From positions 1-64,000 of IMG/VR virus record IMGVR_UViG_3300028829_003504: a DNA stretch of 64,000 bases; one strand, written 5' to 3'. A program made the position numbers and the translations under genes. This document shows positions 40,100 through 49,205 of the stretch, piece after piece. The notes beneath the pieces were generated by a model. It ran no database searches, was not told the DNA's origin, and saw only the letters and a list, made by a program, of their open reading frames with translations. Numbering within the stretch: position 1 is the stretch's first letter; the number at the start of each line of letters is the position of its first letter.

Positions 40100-40730
40100 A
40101 CGTCATTTCTATAGCAAGTTCAGGATCACCCCCACTAGCGGTGTCTACGTTATTATGCAAATGGCAATCCTTAAACAGCATTTTAGTAATAGGTTTACCT
40201 CCGTACTTGCGAGTACACTTACCTCTAGGTAACTTAGCACCTTTAGAAAACGCATCGTTCTTCATCAAATAATATCCTTCAGGACAATCTTCTTGCCAGG
40301 GTACTGAGTATATATCGATGTCAGTACCTATAGGAGGAACGTCTTTCTGCTCAATAGGATTGACCATATCAACCCATCTGTTGAAGATACTCCCAATAGG
40401 CTTATGTTCTTCAAATAATACATCGAATGAACCTCGTATACTTGCTGACTTATCTCGGAATCCCATAGGCTCTTGAGGTCTATCTAGGATAGCTACATTA
40501 ACCTTACTATCTCTACTTATAGCAGTTGACATAGCGCGACCAAAAGTAGCGTCATGCCCTAATATAACAGGCTTGAACTCCGAGCATTTACCTATTACCT
40601 TAGGTAAGCTATTAAACTCAATAGTAACGCCACTTAGTTTTAATTCAGGTCTTTTCAATCGATCCAGTGCCTGTTCGTGTATCTCTGCGGACCAAACATC
40701 CTTGGGTGTACCACCAGTCTTGTTAGTCAT
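40059..40730 (-). CDS. protein with a tail-tube-like C-terminal half
   Basis: GSFDVLFEE...IGSIFNRWVDMV...GKPI...ELAIEMTY parallels GTMSISFQE...ITTILEDWHELI...GEPI...ELSATFSF of the tube. Confidence 0.5.
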   Translation of the reverse strand: MTNKTGGTPKDVWSAEIHEQALDRLKRPELKLSGVTIEFNSLPKVIGKCSEFKPVILGHDATFGRAMSTAISRDSKVNVAILDRPQEPMGFRDKSASIRGSFDVLFEEHKPIGSIFNRWVDMVNPIEQKDVPPIGTDIDIYSVPWQEDCPEGYYLMKNDAFSKGAKLPRGKCTRKYGGKPITKMLFKDCHLHNNVDTASGGDPELAIEMTYGSSDASQTIFSK

Positions 40731-41613
40731 TTAGTATATCCCAAAGTCGCTGTTTAGTAATTGTCGCACCTGCTGCATTCGTATGACCACCGCCTCCAAA
40801 TGCCTCAGCATGGTCGCGGGCAGAATGGTCGGCACTCCTAAAGCTCAGGTTAACTTCATCGTTCTTATCAATAGCGTAACACATAATGGTATCGTGTTTA
40901 TCTTTAATAGATTCAGCCAACTCACTAATAATATGTCCGGGGCAGTTAACTGCAAATACATTACCTTTACTTAGCTTAATAACACTACCACGCGCAACAT
41001 GGTCGCTAATCATTTTATCAACGTAGCTTAAAACCGCTTTACCTTGTTGAATAAACTTAACATAGAAGGCGCTATTTACATTAACCTTGTTTAAGGTGAA
41101 GTCTGAGTAAAGAGCAAGAGATATCTCACCGATAGGAGTTGCTTGCAGTGCAAGGTGTACAGCTTTAGCATTGGGGAAATCTTGCTGCCATCCTTTACGC
41201 CATAGGTCTCTTCTACCTACATCCTCCACTATCGGGTGGTAAGGTGTTTTGTATAGATAATCCCAAGCTAGCATAGCTCCTGAACGGTCGATGTCGAGTA
41301 CTAGTTCTACTGACTCAGGTATAGTACCTTCATCGGACATTAATTTAAGGGCATCTATGGCTTTACCGTGATGATCCATCATAGTAACATGATTAGACTT
41401 GGTTGCCAGTAAGGTAAGGTCTGCGCCGTGAAAAGAAAAGTCAACAACAAAGATTCGATGGTAAACACCTTCGTCGATATCAGGTAGGGGCTCACTGTAT
41501 TTAACAGCCTGCATTATAATTTCGTGGTCTTTACTTCGGAAGTAAGAGTGGACAACTGCTGCTGCGGTTTTACCGTCGTTACATTGGGCATGGTACATAA
41601 CTAGAATTTTCAT
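40723..41613 (-). CDS. DHH/DHHA1 phosphoesterase
   Basis: YH..C.DG, VVDFS, DHH, SGAMLAW, SFRS, GGGGH..AAG. Confidence 0.9.
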   Translation of the reverse strand: MKILVMYHAQCNDGKTAAAVVHSYFRSKDHEIIMQAVKYSEPLPDIDEGVYHRIFVVDFSFHGADLTLLATKSNHVTMMDHHGKAIDALKLMSDEGTIPESVELVLDIDRSGAMLAWDYLYKTPYHPIVEDVGRRDLWRKGWQQDFPNAKAVHLALQATPIGEISLALYSDFTLNKVNVNSAFYVKFIQQGKAVLSYVDKMISDHVARGSVIKLSKGNVFAVNCPGHIISELAESIKDKHDTIMCYAIDKNDEVNLSFRSADHSARDHAEAFGGGGHTNAAGATITKQRLWDILND

Positions 41614-41622
41614 AAATACTAC

Positions 41623-42291
41623 CTGATATAGTTTTCCTATTAAGTTAAAATTTGACGGCTAACAGATCGCTACATGCTACCGAGTATGCAGTGGAGGGCT
41701 ACTACCTTTGAATCCGGTAGCCCGAAATGCGATAACCTGTCTCCCTAACTGGGTCGTCCTGGACATAATTATCCATTCAGTTTACTATAATACGATAGCA
41801 GTTAGAGGTCTGGACCTAGGATTACATTGAGGGAAAAGGGCTAGAAAGTTACCCGATAAAACTCTATATTGTAACCAACTGATTAAATGATCAGTTCCGA
41901 TACACATGACAGTCAGAGGCTAGACTCTGTTCGCTACTCTGACTGGGACTCAAAATTAGGTTGACGATTAACAAACTCTGCTTATCATGAAGCTAAGGAA
42001 CACGTCTCCTTAAGGCAGCTATAAATAACCACCTTTCAGGGACACGCTGCTTGCGATCTCGTCTTCTCAGATTGCCTTTGGTTGAGATTAAGTAATTGCC
42101 TACTAAGCCTGGCCCCCGCTAAAAAGCATCCGCCAGTTATTTTCTCTATGATACACACTGAGTTCTGGGCTAAAGATATATCGACTGATTGAAGGATGGT
42201 TGGGCACCCTAACTGCTGTCATTATACCAATACCTTATATCCGAGGCATTCCGATTCGGTCGATAGTCTATCAATTAAACTAAACTATCAG
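41623..42291 (+). ncRNA. large (about 670 nt) highly structured non-coding RNA, class unrecognised
   Basis: About 715 bp ORF-free gap with more than 10 helices including long-range pairings; G-U wobbles favour the + strand. Confidence 0.65.
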
Positions 42292-42328
42292 TGAGCAGAT
42301 TTTTACATTTGAGTTTAAATTACATTCG

Positions 42329-42514
42329 TCAACGAATTAAATCTTCCGTAGGACTTATACTATAGTAAGAATTCATGCAGTCTGCATCGGTACAAAAGCG
42401 ATTACCTTGATCATCCCCATATACTCTAGAATTACATTTGTTGTGAAATTTAGCTAGGCTGTTAATCCAAAATTGATGTGGACCAAGTTTTATATCATCA
42501 TTAACTTTACTCAT
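42329..42514 (-). CDS. small Cys-containing hypothetical protein
   Basis: 61 aa, downstream of the promoter motif at 42545. Confidence 0.5.
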   Translation of the reverse strand: MSKVNDDIKLGPHQFWINSLAKFHNKCNSRVYGDDQGNRFCTDADCMNSYYSISPTEDLIR

Positions 42515-42544
42515 AGATTTATATCCTTCGCTACTTGTATCTAT

Positions 42545-42556
42545 TGTTTACAGTTT
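42545..42556 (-). promoter_or_regulatory. promoter-like motif AAACTGTAAACA
   Basis: Copy of the repeated motif. Confidence 0.6.
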
Positions 42557-42573
42557 AGTTGATTATACTAGAC

Positions 42574-42777
42574 TTAGGCGTCAGACAGCCACGTCATCGT
42601 TTCATGCCAACGAGTTATTGACTTAGACCATTTATATCCATTAGCACCGACGTAGCATACCGTTATAGGATACTCGTCATTAGTGCTATGTTCATTACGG
42701 ATATCATCGACTTCATATATACGGCCGCTATGGTGTTTCCATACACTCCTGAGCGATGGTATTTTATTCTTAGGCAC
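42574..42777 (-). CDS. DUF1653-like small protein
   Basis: WKHHSGRIYEV...V.Y...G..W pattern; GTG at 42777 with GGAG RBS. Confidence 0.55.
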   Translation of the reverse strand: MPKNKIPSLRSVWKHHSGRIYEVDDIRNEHSTNDEYPITVCYVGANGYKWSKSITRWHETMTWLSDA

Positions 42778-43177
42778 AGTTATTCTCCAGCATAGTAATA
42801 ATGCTTTGGACACATTCCTCTACGTCGAATGACTTAGGTACCATTACGGTCCCGATACGTTCACGCCTAGAGGGTGTGTCTTTAGGTTGAATTATTTGCT
42901 CAACATAGACTTCTCTACCTATTATCTCACCTACCATATTAAGGACAGCGTACATAACTAAAGGCATTTCTTCACACTCTCCGTTAGTCATTGAGGCGTT
43001 AACTCGCCAGTGGTCATCCCGACTGACAGTAGTATTTGGATTTAATCCGACCAGTTGTACTTGCAGTCTTCTACTCACTTCATTTGTAGCGAGTCTTACG
43101 TCAGTACTGCTTCTTACTTCTATAGTCAGCTCGTTCTCGGCTAACCACGTTACTAGGTTCATAGTAATCTCCATCAT
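42770..43177 (-). CDS. hypothetical protein
   Basis: About 130 aa, downstream of the promoter motif at 43189. Confidence 0.6.
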   Translation of the reverse strand: MMEITMNLVTWLAENELTIEVRSSTDVRLATNEVSRRLQVQLVGLNPNTTVSRDDHWRVNASMTNGECEEMPLVMYAVLNMVGEIIGREVYVEQIIQPKDTPSRRERIGTVMVPKSFDVEECVQSIITMLENNCA

Positions 43178-43188
43178 TGCTTACTGTG

Positions 43189-43200
43189 TATTTACAGTTT
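43189..43200 (-). promoter_or_regulatory. promoter-like motif AAACTGTAAATA
   Basis: Exact copy. Confidence 0.7.
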
Positions 43201-43233
43201 TAGTCTACATATCTTTTTACCTACCACAAGCAT

Positions 43234-43267
43234 AAAAAAAGGCACCGAGTCATTACAACAGGGTGCC
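43234..43267 (-). terminator. terminator after NAMPT
   Basis: GGCACC/GGTGCC stem with a U7 tail on the - strand. Confidence 0.65.
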
Positions 43268-43277
43268 CTTTATTAAA

Positions 43278-44729
43278 CTACGCAGCTAACAGTTTTTCAT
43301 AGAAACCGTAGGCCACTTCCCTAACTTCATCGAAGGTTTGATTGCGAAGAAGCTCGCCGGTATTCCAGACAGGCTCAAGAAGCCCGCTATTTATACGGTT
43401 ATCAACTTGCCTCCAAACGATATCACCAAATTCATTAAACTCTACGCAGAAGTAACCTTCTTTAGAATGTTTATTCGGATCAGCTTTAGGACGTTTGCTG
43501 GTTTTAGTAGGAACGCCGTTAATAGTCATCATGCTTGCTTTCATAGCGAAGCCACCATCGTCACGGCCGTGAGCTTGTAGTAGTTTACCGCCTTGACCAA
43601 ACACTAAATTTAAAGCGCTGAGCTTTTTGCTTCTCATTAAGTCTTGGATATCAGTGATAACTTGTACGTCAGTTCCGTCACCCTGTATTACACGAATGTA
43701 ATCAGGTAGAACTTTATAGCCTTTTCTATTGATCTCGTATCCGAAGATTTCCATCAAACGCTCAACTATACGTACAGGTTCGTTAACTGCATGACCTGAG
43801 TCAGGGCGTATTATCAAGCAACCCTTTCCCTTACCTTCTTTGAATGCTGCAATGACTTCATCTTTAAGTTCTTCCCAGTAGCCTAAAGCACGGTCTGTGT
43901 CATAGGTATCAGGTAGTACACTTACTTTGTCGCCGTTTGCTACATACGTTTTAAGTAGGAAAGAGAAAAGTTCTTTTTCACGGGCCTCACCCCAAGATAG
44001 AACTACGTTATGCTCAATAGCAAAAACAGAATATGCTGACATACCCTCTTTAGTGCCGTAAGCTTGCTCAGCAGTCCATGTACCTTCAAGAGTATCACTA
44101 CCCTTAGAAGTAACTTGGTGAGACATTCCACCAACTGATGCACCTTCACCACAATTTACACCTCTAGCACCGAAGTCATTAAGAGCAAAATCCATATAGC
44201 CGGCGATTAGATCATCGTCTATACTTTCATTGGCAAATTTACCTATAATAACTTTCTGCTCTAGACTCTTAGTTGCAACGGTAATAGAATACCAGATGCG
44301 CTGAATTAAAGCTTCGAAGTACATTGGTAACCACGCAAACTCTTTATCAGTGTTGGTAATAACCATCAGTGGAGTTTTCTGAGCCGTTACAGTACCTTCA
44401 GGTAGTGCGCGGAACTCAAGTGGAAGTTTACCATCATGCTTCGTAACAATAAGTTCCCAACCTTTACGATTGAACTTAGCGCCGTGCCGCAATGCGAAGT
44501 CCTCGCAGATATCAATCATTTCCATTGTGATACGTTCACTAAAGTAACGCTTAAGGATATATTGCAATCCAAAGAACATTGTTTTAGTCATACCGTAACG
44601 GCTTTCAAGATAGACGTAAGAGAATTCTAAACCTTCAACCAATTGTTCGTAGTGACCCAATTTGTAGCTGTCGGTTCTCAAGATTAATGGTACATCTGTA
44701 ATTAACATATTAGTGTTAAAAAGTTTCAT
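43278..44729 (-). CDS. nadV: nicotinamide phosphoribosyltransferase (NAMPT)
   Basis: TDSYKLGH, FFGLQY, DFGARG, GSDT, EHNV, DTYD, IRPDSG, IQGDG, FGQGGKLLQ, FAMKAS, KHSKEG. Confidence 0.95.
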   Translation of the reverse strand: MKLFNTNMLITDVPLILRTDSYKLGHYEQLVEGLEFSYVYLESRYGMTKTMFFGLQYILKRYFSERITMEMIDICEDFALRHGAKFNRKGWELIVTKHDGKLPLEFRALPEGTVTAQKTPLMVITNTDKEFAWLPMYFEALIQRIWYSITVATKSLEQKVIIGKFANESIDDDLIAGYMDFALNDFGARGVNCGEGASVGGMSHQVTSKGSDTLEGTWTAEQAYGTKEGMSAYSVFAIEHNVVLSWGEAREKELFSFLLKTYVANGDKVSVLPDTYDTDRALGYWEELKDEVIAAFKEGKGKGCLIIRPDSGHAVNEPVRIVERLMEIFGYEINRKGYKVLPDYIRVIQGDGTDVQVITDIQDLMRSKKLSALNLVFGQGGKLLQAHGRDDGGFAMKASMMTINGVPTKTSKRPKADPNKHSKEGYFCVEFNEFGDIVWRQVDNRINSGLLEPVWNTGELLRNQTFDEVREVAYGFYEKLLAA

Positions 44730-44730
44730 A

Positions 44731-44757
44731 GTTGTTCTCCTCGAACATTAGTTTACA
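44731..44757 (-). promoter_or_regulatory. 27 nt leader shared by the NAMPT and NadM-Nudix genes (copy 1)
   Basis: TGTAAACTAATGTTCGAGGAGAACAAC, identical to 48415-48441. Confidence 0.8.
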
Positions 44758-44916
44758 TTGCATTTAGTTAATAACCCACACTGTGGGGTTGCGTATTCGG
44801 ATTTCGCTAGGGCCGTTAAGACCCAAGTGGTAATAGCATCCACTGGTCACTGGTAGATATTCTATCACTGATAGATATATCAAATATGGTTATAGCCCGA
44901 CACTGTCAGGTCTATG

Positions 44917-45171
44917 TTATTCTTGAGGCGAGATAGCCTTTATGAAGCCTTGTTTAAGATTCAACATTGCTTCTTCTTTATCCTGTCCGTACCCTACCAA
45001 ATCAAGACTTCCGTTAATCATCGAGTCCCAGAAGTTAGTTTTAATATGACACTCATGACTCTGGTGTTTTTGCTTACCATCGTCTATGTGTTCAATTTTA
45101 AACTGCTGCATGAGTGTATCGACTAACGAAACGATTTCGCTACTCTGTTGGGTCGACATCACAGCCTCCAA
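44917..45171 (-). CDS. hypothetical protein
   Basis: About 80 aa; GYGQDKEEAMLNL resembles a HicB-like/dsRBD-type motif (weak). Confidence 0.55.
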   Translation of the reverse strand: MEAVMSTQQSSEIVSLVDTLMQQFKIEHIDDGKQKHQSHECHIKTNFWDSMINGSLDLVGYGQDKEEAMLNLKQGFIKAISPQE

Positions 45172-45634
45172 TGCAGGTACTATCTAACATTGCATCCTGT
45201 TGCTTACGGTCATCACTAGGGTAACGCGCTTCTACCGACGAGTGCTGCGCTTCATCAGAGGTACGATTGGCTACGGCTATAGTGTGCATTTCTTCAACGG
45301 CGTCATGGTCTTCTCGAATAATGTCCATCCACACTTCGTTCTTGTGCTTTAGCTTTTTTTGAAGCAAACCCATAACACTCAAAGGGTCTATGCTAAGAGT
45401 CTCACAAGCAAGAACAAAAGCACTTTGAATACTGTCGGCGAGTTCATCTATAACCCCGTCAACGGCAACGGGTTTCTTGTGCCTTACTTTACCTGCATGG
45501 ATTAAGCAGGCTTCGGCGAGTTCACTAGTTTCTTTTTGAGAATAACTAGCCAACGTACCTAAGTCATTGTTCTGTTTACCTACAACCGATGCTATCTCAA
45601 TTAAGTCAGTCGCTAAATGGGATAGGCCATCCAT
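45140..45634 (-). CDS. MazG-like NTP pyrophosphatase family protein
   Basis: KETSELAEA...DELAD all-alpha pattern. Confidence 0.6.
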   Translation of the reverse strand: MDGLSHLATDLIEIASVVGKQNNDLGTLASYSQKETSELAEACLIHAGKVRHKKPVAVDGVIDELADSIQSAFVLACETLSIDPLSVMGLLQKKLKHKNEVWMDIIREDHDAVEEMHTIAVANRTSDEAQHSSVEARYPSDDRKQQDAMLDSTCIGGCDVDPTE

Positions 45635-45978
45635 TAGCTTTTCTTCTTAGTGGATTTAGCTTTAACTGCCTTAGTACTCGGAGCAATATATACAGGGAAC
45701 ACAGGTGACTTGAAATCCACAAGACGTTTAGCCGCTGCTTTCAAGCGACTGTCATGCTCGCCGTGGGCATTTAAGATCATACCCATTATCAAGTCACGTC
45801 TAGCTACAAGTTCTTCAAGATAACATAACATATCCGTTATATTATCTTCGGGCTCACGCGAGAACGCATCAGGCTTCTGGCCTACCAGTTCTTCATAGTG
45901 TACCGACGCTTCTGTTATTTGAGCTTTAGCTATTTCGATTTGTTCTATAATATTTTCTGAATTTATTAGTGCTTGCAT
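45634..45978 (-). CDS. hypothetical protein
   Basis: 114 aa, GAGG RBS. Confidence 0.6.
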   Translation of the reverse strand: MQALINSENIIEQIEIAKAQITEASVHYEELVGQKPDAFSREPEDNITDMLCYLEELVARRDLIMGMILNAHGEHDSRLKAAAKRLVDFKSPVFPVYIAPSTKAVKAKSTKKKS

Positions 45979-46090
45979 GGTTATTCCTCGTTAGTGTATA
46001 AGGTTGGTGTTTATAATCGCTGAAATTCAATCCTTCTTCGACATTCATGTCCTATATAGGCTTTACAAAACTATCCCATTAGTAGGTACA

Positions 46091-46351
46091 CTAGGTTTCT
46101 TCTGAGTAGTCGCGTAGAGGTCCTAAGCAGAAAGGACAGGCATTCATTACAATACCCGCAGGTACATGGCTACCACTGTGTGCAGTGAAACAGGTACCAA
46201 GACGTTCGTTGCTGGAAGTATTTACTGTAAAAACGTAGAAAATACCTTTTTGATTTTTACGTCGGGCTAATCCGCCAGGTTCTGCTACCTCTTTAAGGCT
46301 TTCGCATTGGGTAGCTGAATACCCACCAGTCTGCGAAGTACATCTGGTCAT
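46091..46351 (-). CDS. small zinc-finger-like protein
   Basis: C...C and CPFC motifs. Confidence 0.55.
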   Translation of the reverse strand: MTRCTSQTGGYSATQCESLKEVAEPGGLARRKNQKGIFYVFTVNTSSNERLGTCFTAHSGSHVPAGIVMNACPFCLGPLRDYSEET

Positions 46352-46474
46352 TACTTTCTCCTATACACCTGCTTTATCTTCATCATCTTTGGCTTTACGT
46401 AAAGACAATATATGTGAATCTACATTGCCTTGGAGTTCTTCTATACGTAAAGGGCCTCAGGATTCAATTGTTTT

Positions 46475-46978
46475 CTACCCACCAGACAAACCTTTAATAG
46501 GATTATACTGAACACTTTTGCTGAACATTATTACACCGTCAGCCTCGAACATACTAAAATTACTAACGCTATTGCCATAACGTCCTTCGACATTACCTAT
46601 ACAACGCGCTGCAATGTCTTTGATGGTAAGTTCTTCGGGTATACCGCAGTTAATACCGTAGAATTTGAGTATGGCCTTAACTGCATCATAAATCTTAGGA
46701 GGCATAGGCTGGACAGCGTAGCGCATATCCTCTTCGAATATTTCACCTGCTGTTTCGTCTTCGACTTCAAACTTAACGTTGTCGCGGCTTGTGCCTGTTA
46801 GCCTAACATTGAACGGTACGAAGTCAGGAAGGTCGTCACGCAGAATTACTTCATATATACTACACGAATGGAATCCAGTAGGATGATTTAATGTTTTGGC
46901 CACAGCGTTAGCGTGTGAGGCTTTAACATCTCCGCAAGCCTCATCAAATGCTGCGTTACTTGGAAGTAAGTTATTCAT
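46475..46978 (-). CDS. hypothetical protein
   Basis: 167 aa ORF. Confidence 0.6.
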   Translation of the reverse strand: MNNLLPSNAAFDEACGDVKASHANAVAKTLNHPTGFHSCSIYEVILRDDLPDFVPFNVRLTGTSRDNVKFEVEDETAGEIFEEDMRYAVQPMPPKIYDAVKAILKFYGINCGIPEELTIKDIAARCIGNVEGRYGNSVSNFSMFEADGVIMFSKSVQYNPIKGLSGG

Positions 46979-46981
46979 AAT

Positions 46982-47281
46982 CTATCCGTACAAGTTAATG
47001 TTTGAAACATCAACTCCCTTATGGTTTAATAAATCACGTAAGCTCATAGGGCCTTTATGTTCTAGTCCTGTACCGAAGCTATACATTTTATCAGAATGGC
47101 TCGTTTCTTCACACATAGCATCCAATATATTCAATTCGCTTTTCTGGTAATTGTCCTGAATGTATAGTAGGTGTTCTTTATTTTCGACATAGCCACTTAG
47201 CTTTCTGCATGACCACCAGAATACTGGGAATTTCAAAATAGCTTCGTTTAGGTCGTCTTCCGTAATTTCTTGTCTTAACAT
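46982..47281 (-). CDS. hypothetical protein, paralog of 53696..54022
   Basis: KFPVFWW...G.V....HL..I...Y.KS...N.LDA...FG...EH.G; ATG at 47281 with AAGGA RBS. Confidence 0.65.
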   Translation of the reverse strand: MLRQEITEDDLNEAILKFPVFWWSCRKLSGYVENKEHLLYIQDNYQKSELNILDAMCEETSHSDKMYSFGTGLEHKGPMSLRDLLNHKGVDVSNINLYG

Positions 47282-47336
47282 GAGGGTGTTCCTTAGATAG
47301 ATGGGGGCACAACTCGTACCCCGATAAAGTTTACAT

Positions 47337-48413
47337 TTAGTCTTGTTGAGTGAAACCTGTTCCGTAACCACTAGCTAACATGTTTTGAATAATGAAGTAG
47401 TGATCCGCGTACAAGGCTTTACTCATTCTACGTACTTGAGCAAAAGGGAACCAACGAGCTTCTTTAGCATCGTCCATCCCTTTTACCTTAGGTAATTTTG
47501 AATCAGTAAGAATGAAAGATCCAACATGTGTGGTGAAATCACCACGGTCATCTCGCATAGGGTCTTCAAACATCTTCTTACCCCGATATGCCTGTTCTAG
47601 CGCACGAGGCGGTACGTTAATGTCTGTTTCTTCTTTAAGCTCACGTAAGATACAATCTCTTGCATACTCACCTGGGTTCTTAAAGCCACCAGGTAAAGCC
47701 CATTGGTCTTTGCCTGGGAAGTCTCTGCGTTTAATCAACAATAAGTGACCGTGGCAAACTACAAGTGCATCTCCCGTTATGAAATTAATTCCGTGAGGCA
47801 GATCCTTGTAGTCATTCTTGTATGCTAGGACTGAGCGATTGTGACCTACCAACCACTCGTACTCCTTTGTTTTACGAAACTTCTCCAAAAACACATTAGT
47901 CGAAGTTGGACAATTCGCAAAAGAAACTTGAGGATATACTGCGTTGTTGAAGTATATCTCACGTAACGGAGTTGCAGATATAGCATCCAAGTTATCTACA
48001 TGATGTTTCTTCCAACGAGGAAAGCCTCTAAGATAATAACTAGTATTATCTTTCAAGTGACCAACAAGTGCAATGTCATCGGGAAGACCCAAATGCTGCG
48101 CATGGTCATGGGCTAAACGTTGTACTTCTGATTCCCAATCATATTCAACATAAAGGTAATCGTTGAGCGGCTTAACTTGACATTTGAAGGATTTGGTTCC
48201 TGTCAGTGCAGGTCGAATCATTTCTAAACGTTCTTCGTATGAGAACGGATTTGCCAAGCTACGACTACGGTTGATTGATCCAATAAGTATCAATACATTG
48301 TCAGCAATCTTGCACGCTTCATCAATTAAGTAATCGTGACCGTTATGGTATATATGACTACGCATAATCACAACAGCCAAAGCTACCTTACCTTTTACTT
48401 TAAAATCTTTCAT
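47337..48413 (-). CDS. bifunctional NMN adenylyltransferase / ADP-ribose pyrophosphatase (NadM-Nudix)
   Basis: HNGH, GS...RS..NPF...ER, GHLKDNTSYYL, ISATPLR, WALPGGF...RELKEET, DDAKEARW, DH. Confidence 0.93.
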   Translation of the reverse strand: MKDFKVKGKVALAVVIMRSHIYHNGHDYLIDEACKIADNVLILIGSINRSRSLANPFSYEERLEMIRPALTGTKSFKCQVKPLNDYLYVEYDWESEVQRLAHDHAQHLGLPDDIALVGHLKDNTSYYLRGFPRWKKHHVDNLDAISATPLREIYFNNAVYPQVSFANCPTSTNVFLEKFRKTKEYEWLVGHNRSVLAYKNDYKDLPHGINFITGDALVVCHGHLLLIKRRDFPGKDQWALPGGFKNPGEYARDCILRELKEETDINVPPRALEQAYRGKKMFEDPMRDDRGDFTTHVGSFILTDSKLPKVKGMDDAKEARWFPFAQVRRMSKALYADHYFIIQNMLASGYGTGFTQQD

Positions 48414-48414
48414 G

Positions 48415-48441
48415 GTTGTTCTCCTCGAACATTAGTTTACA
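48415..48441 (-). promoter_or_regulatory. 27 nt shared leader (copy 2)
   Basis: Identical to 44731-44757. Confidence 0.8.
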
Positions 48442-48493
48442 CTTGAGTATGTGGATTAAGTCCACGGCTATATAGACTACTATCTATATTACT

Positions 48494-48505
48494 TATTTAC
48501 AGTTT
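48494..48505 (-). promoter_or_regulatory. promoter-like motif AAACTGTAAATA
   Basis: Exact copy upstream of the NadM-Nudix gene. Confidence 0.7.
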
Positions 48506-48509
48506 CGTG

Positions 48510-49196
48510 CTATTTGCGAAACTTGCCTAAAATAGAGCCCAAGCAGTTTGTAAGACTTTCGGCATGTACATCGAATGCCACAAGGCCTGGTCTACTAGGA
48601 AAGTTTACCACCAGTTGGAATCGATCGCCCAGGTAGTTAACCTTAACTGCGTCATTAGGGGTATTACCAATAAGAACTCTATCTCGAAGCAGGATGTCCA
48701 CTGAATCATCAAAGATCCTCTGAGCGACACGGTATTTACGTTCCTCTAAGATACTATGTGATAGGTCCTTTAGTACTATAGCCTCAGATAATCCAGAAGA
48801 GGTCATTCGAGCAACAAGTCCTCTAATAACGACTGCTTCAAAGATACTAAATTCGCAGCCTCTAATGTAATTACCGTATACCGCCCAGCCATGTCTTCCG
48901 TAATGCTTAATGGGATTAAGATCCATACAGGATACTCTATCCCACTGGGACGTGGTTAGGGAAAACTCACTAGGTAAGTCAAGCGTGTTCTTAATAATAG
49001 GACCACCACAAGACTGACTACCTAGTAGTACATCGTTGATATAGCTATTGATTTGTTTCAATTGGCCTTCGTTAGGCTTGGCTCCAACTACATATCCAAT
49101 ACCTTCATACTTGAAATCATCTTGTTGAACTTCGTCGAAGCTGAACACTTCCCATTTAGTAGGTATAAACGTCTCTAGAACTACAGGCCATCTCAT
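48510..49196 (-). CDS. hypothetical protein
   Basis: 228 aa ORF. Confidence 0.6.
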   Translation of the reverse strand: MRWPVVLETFIPTKWEVFSFDEVQQDDFKYEGIGYVVGAKPNEGQLKQINSYINDVLLGSQSCGGPIIKNTLDLPSEFSLTTSQWDRVSCMDLNPIKHYGRHGWAVYGNYIRGCEFSIFEAVVIRGLVARMTSSGLSEAIVLKDLSHSILEERKYRVAQRIFDDSVDILLRDRVLIGNTPNDAVKVNYLGDRFQLVVNFPSRPGLVAFDVHAESLTNCLGSILGKFRK

Positions 49197-49205
49197 ATAG
49201 ATTCC

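Noticed and set aside
41623-42291. tmRNA, RNase P RNA, tRNA cluster, CRISPR array or group I/II intron
   Set aside because: No GGGG...CCA tRNA-like ends, no GGAAAGUCC, no cloverleaf with a TTCGA T-loop, no spaced direct repeats, no interrupted host gene and no domain V signature.
44861-44875. Palindrome TCTATCACTGATAGA resembling the tet operator core
   Set aside because: There are no tet genes or vector sequence nearby and the flanks differ from tetO; it is better explained as part of the local direct repeat or hairpin in the NAMPT leader.
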